Source of the DNA: Candidatus Mediterraneibacter faecigallinarum
GTDB lineage: Bacteria; Bacillota; Clostridia; Lachnospirales; Lachnospiraceae
Direction of reading: 5' to 3'
Assembly: GCA_019119735.1 (NCBI GenBank)
Contig: DWWK01000094.1
Location: 22,807-86,806, forward strand
Length of the DNA: 64,000 bases
Numbering within the stretch: position 1 is the stretch's first letter; each line of letters starts with the position of its first letter. The notes below the pieces were generated by a model. That model was not told where the DNA came from, ran no database searches, and worked only from the letters and a program-made list of their open reading frames with translations. The translations under genes and the position numbers were made by a program. This document shows positions 63,190 to 64,000 of this stretch, piece after piece.

Positions 63190-64000
63190 TACTTCTCTCC
63201 TCCCTTCCCAAATGGTTTCGGAAGAGTAACTTTCTCGATCAGAGGAACGAGAAGGTTACTGATAATGATCGCATAGGATACACCCTCTGCCGAGCCTCCG
63301 AAGAGTCGGAACAGCCCTGTCAGAAGTCCCAGGCAGATACCGTATAGGATCCGTCCCTTCGTCGTAATCGGCGAGGTCACATAATCTGTCGCCATGAACC
63401 ATGCTCCCAGCATCAGACCGCCGCCGCACAGATGTGCAGTGATATACTGCGCGTCCAGTCCGTGTCCGCCGAAGAGCACGATGAATACGATAAATGCGAG
63501 CAGATAGGACGCCGGGATCGTAATGTCGATCACTCCCACCAGGAGCAGGAACATTGCTCCGATCATAATGGCGATGACCGAAGTCTCACCGATCGTTCCG
63601 CGAATGTTTCCGAGCAGCATATCCATCGTATTGACAGCTTCTCCCGCCTTGAGCTCTGCCAGCGGAGTCGCGCCTGTCACGCCGTCATACACGAAGTATG
63701 TCATATCGCCGGTAAAAGAGATCAGCAGGAAACATCTTGCAGCCAGCGCCGGGTTCATGAAGTTCTGTCCCAGGCCGCCGAACAGCTGCTTGACCACCAC
63801 GATTGCAAACACAGCGCCCAGAACGCCCATCCACCAGGGCAGCGTAGGCGGCAGGTTCAGCGCCAGCAGAAGTCCTGTGACAACCGCGCTGAAATCATTG
63901 ATGGTGATCGGTTTATGCATCAGTTTTTCATATATGTACTCAGCCAGCACCGCTGAAGCCGTCGTCACAACGACCAGGATCCATGCATTCTCATGACGGA
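63189..64000 (-). CDS. rnfD: Rnf complex subunit D, 5'-truncated by the window edge
   Basis: The reading frame stays open to position 64000 (the listed GTG at 63968 is internal). Polytopic, with the flavinylation motif TGATPLA. Confidence 0.9.
   Translation of the reverse strand, partial: RHENAWILVVVTTASAVLAEYIYEKLMHKPITINDFSAVVTGLLLALNLPPTLPWWMGVLGAVFAIVVVKQLFGGLGQNFMNPALAARCFLLISFTGDMTYFVYDGVTGATPLAELKAGEAVNTMDMLLGNIRGTIGETSVIAIMIGAMFLLLVGVIDITIPASYLLAFIVFIVLFGGHGLDAQYITAHLCGGGLMLGAWFMATDYVTSPITTKGRILYGICLGLLTGLFRLFGGSAEGVSYAIIISNLLVPLIEKVTLPKPFGKGGEK

Overview
This 64-kb window reads as core chromosome of a spore-forming Clostridia bacterium, probably Lachnospiraceae-like; that taxonomic call is inferred from gene content and synteny only. 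I support about 73 protein genes, roughly five in six on the minus strand. I found no rRNA, tRNA, CRISPR array, IS element or prophage.

Gene content from left to right:
- ttcA-like gene, a possibly split membrane-protein gene, and a tyrosine recombinase
- a LysM (YneA-like)/lexA SOS module with clear LexA boxes
- rsfS-yqeK-nadD-yhbY-obg
- rplU-prp-rpmA
- a CBS protein and aspartate kinase
- a radical-SAM pair translationally coupled to RNase E/G
- a complete six-gene Ech-type (group 4) [NiFe]-hydrogenase operon, divergent from hypABFCDE
- a partial his operon: hisZ, hisG, hisD, hisB and an unusual HisF-like/HisIE fusion
- recU and a block of RNA-modification genes with a YgiQ radical SAM gene
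- ylbJ, coaD, rsmD, a SASP gene and recG
- yloU/yloV and rpmB
- ytfJ/ytfI sporulation genes with a SEDS/class-B PBP pair
- a U32 protein, zapA and ruvAB
- Gx-transporter, NusG-II and apbE genes, then rnfB, A, E, G and D (rnfD is cut by the window edge)

I do not see an obvious new defence or mobile system. The observations most worth a second look are:
- a two-copy 108-nt structured non-coding tandem element downstream of rpmB
- an EchF subunit carrying four instead of two [4Fe-4S] motifs, in a genome segment that also encodes Rnf
- a degenerate HisF-like barrel fused to HisIE
- the radical-SAM pair of unknown function coupled to RNase E/G
- a 119-nt out-of-frame overlap between the SEDS and PBP genes
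- a Cys-rich tail on RnfE

All functional calls come from by-eye motif recognition and synteny. No database search was run.
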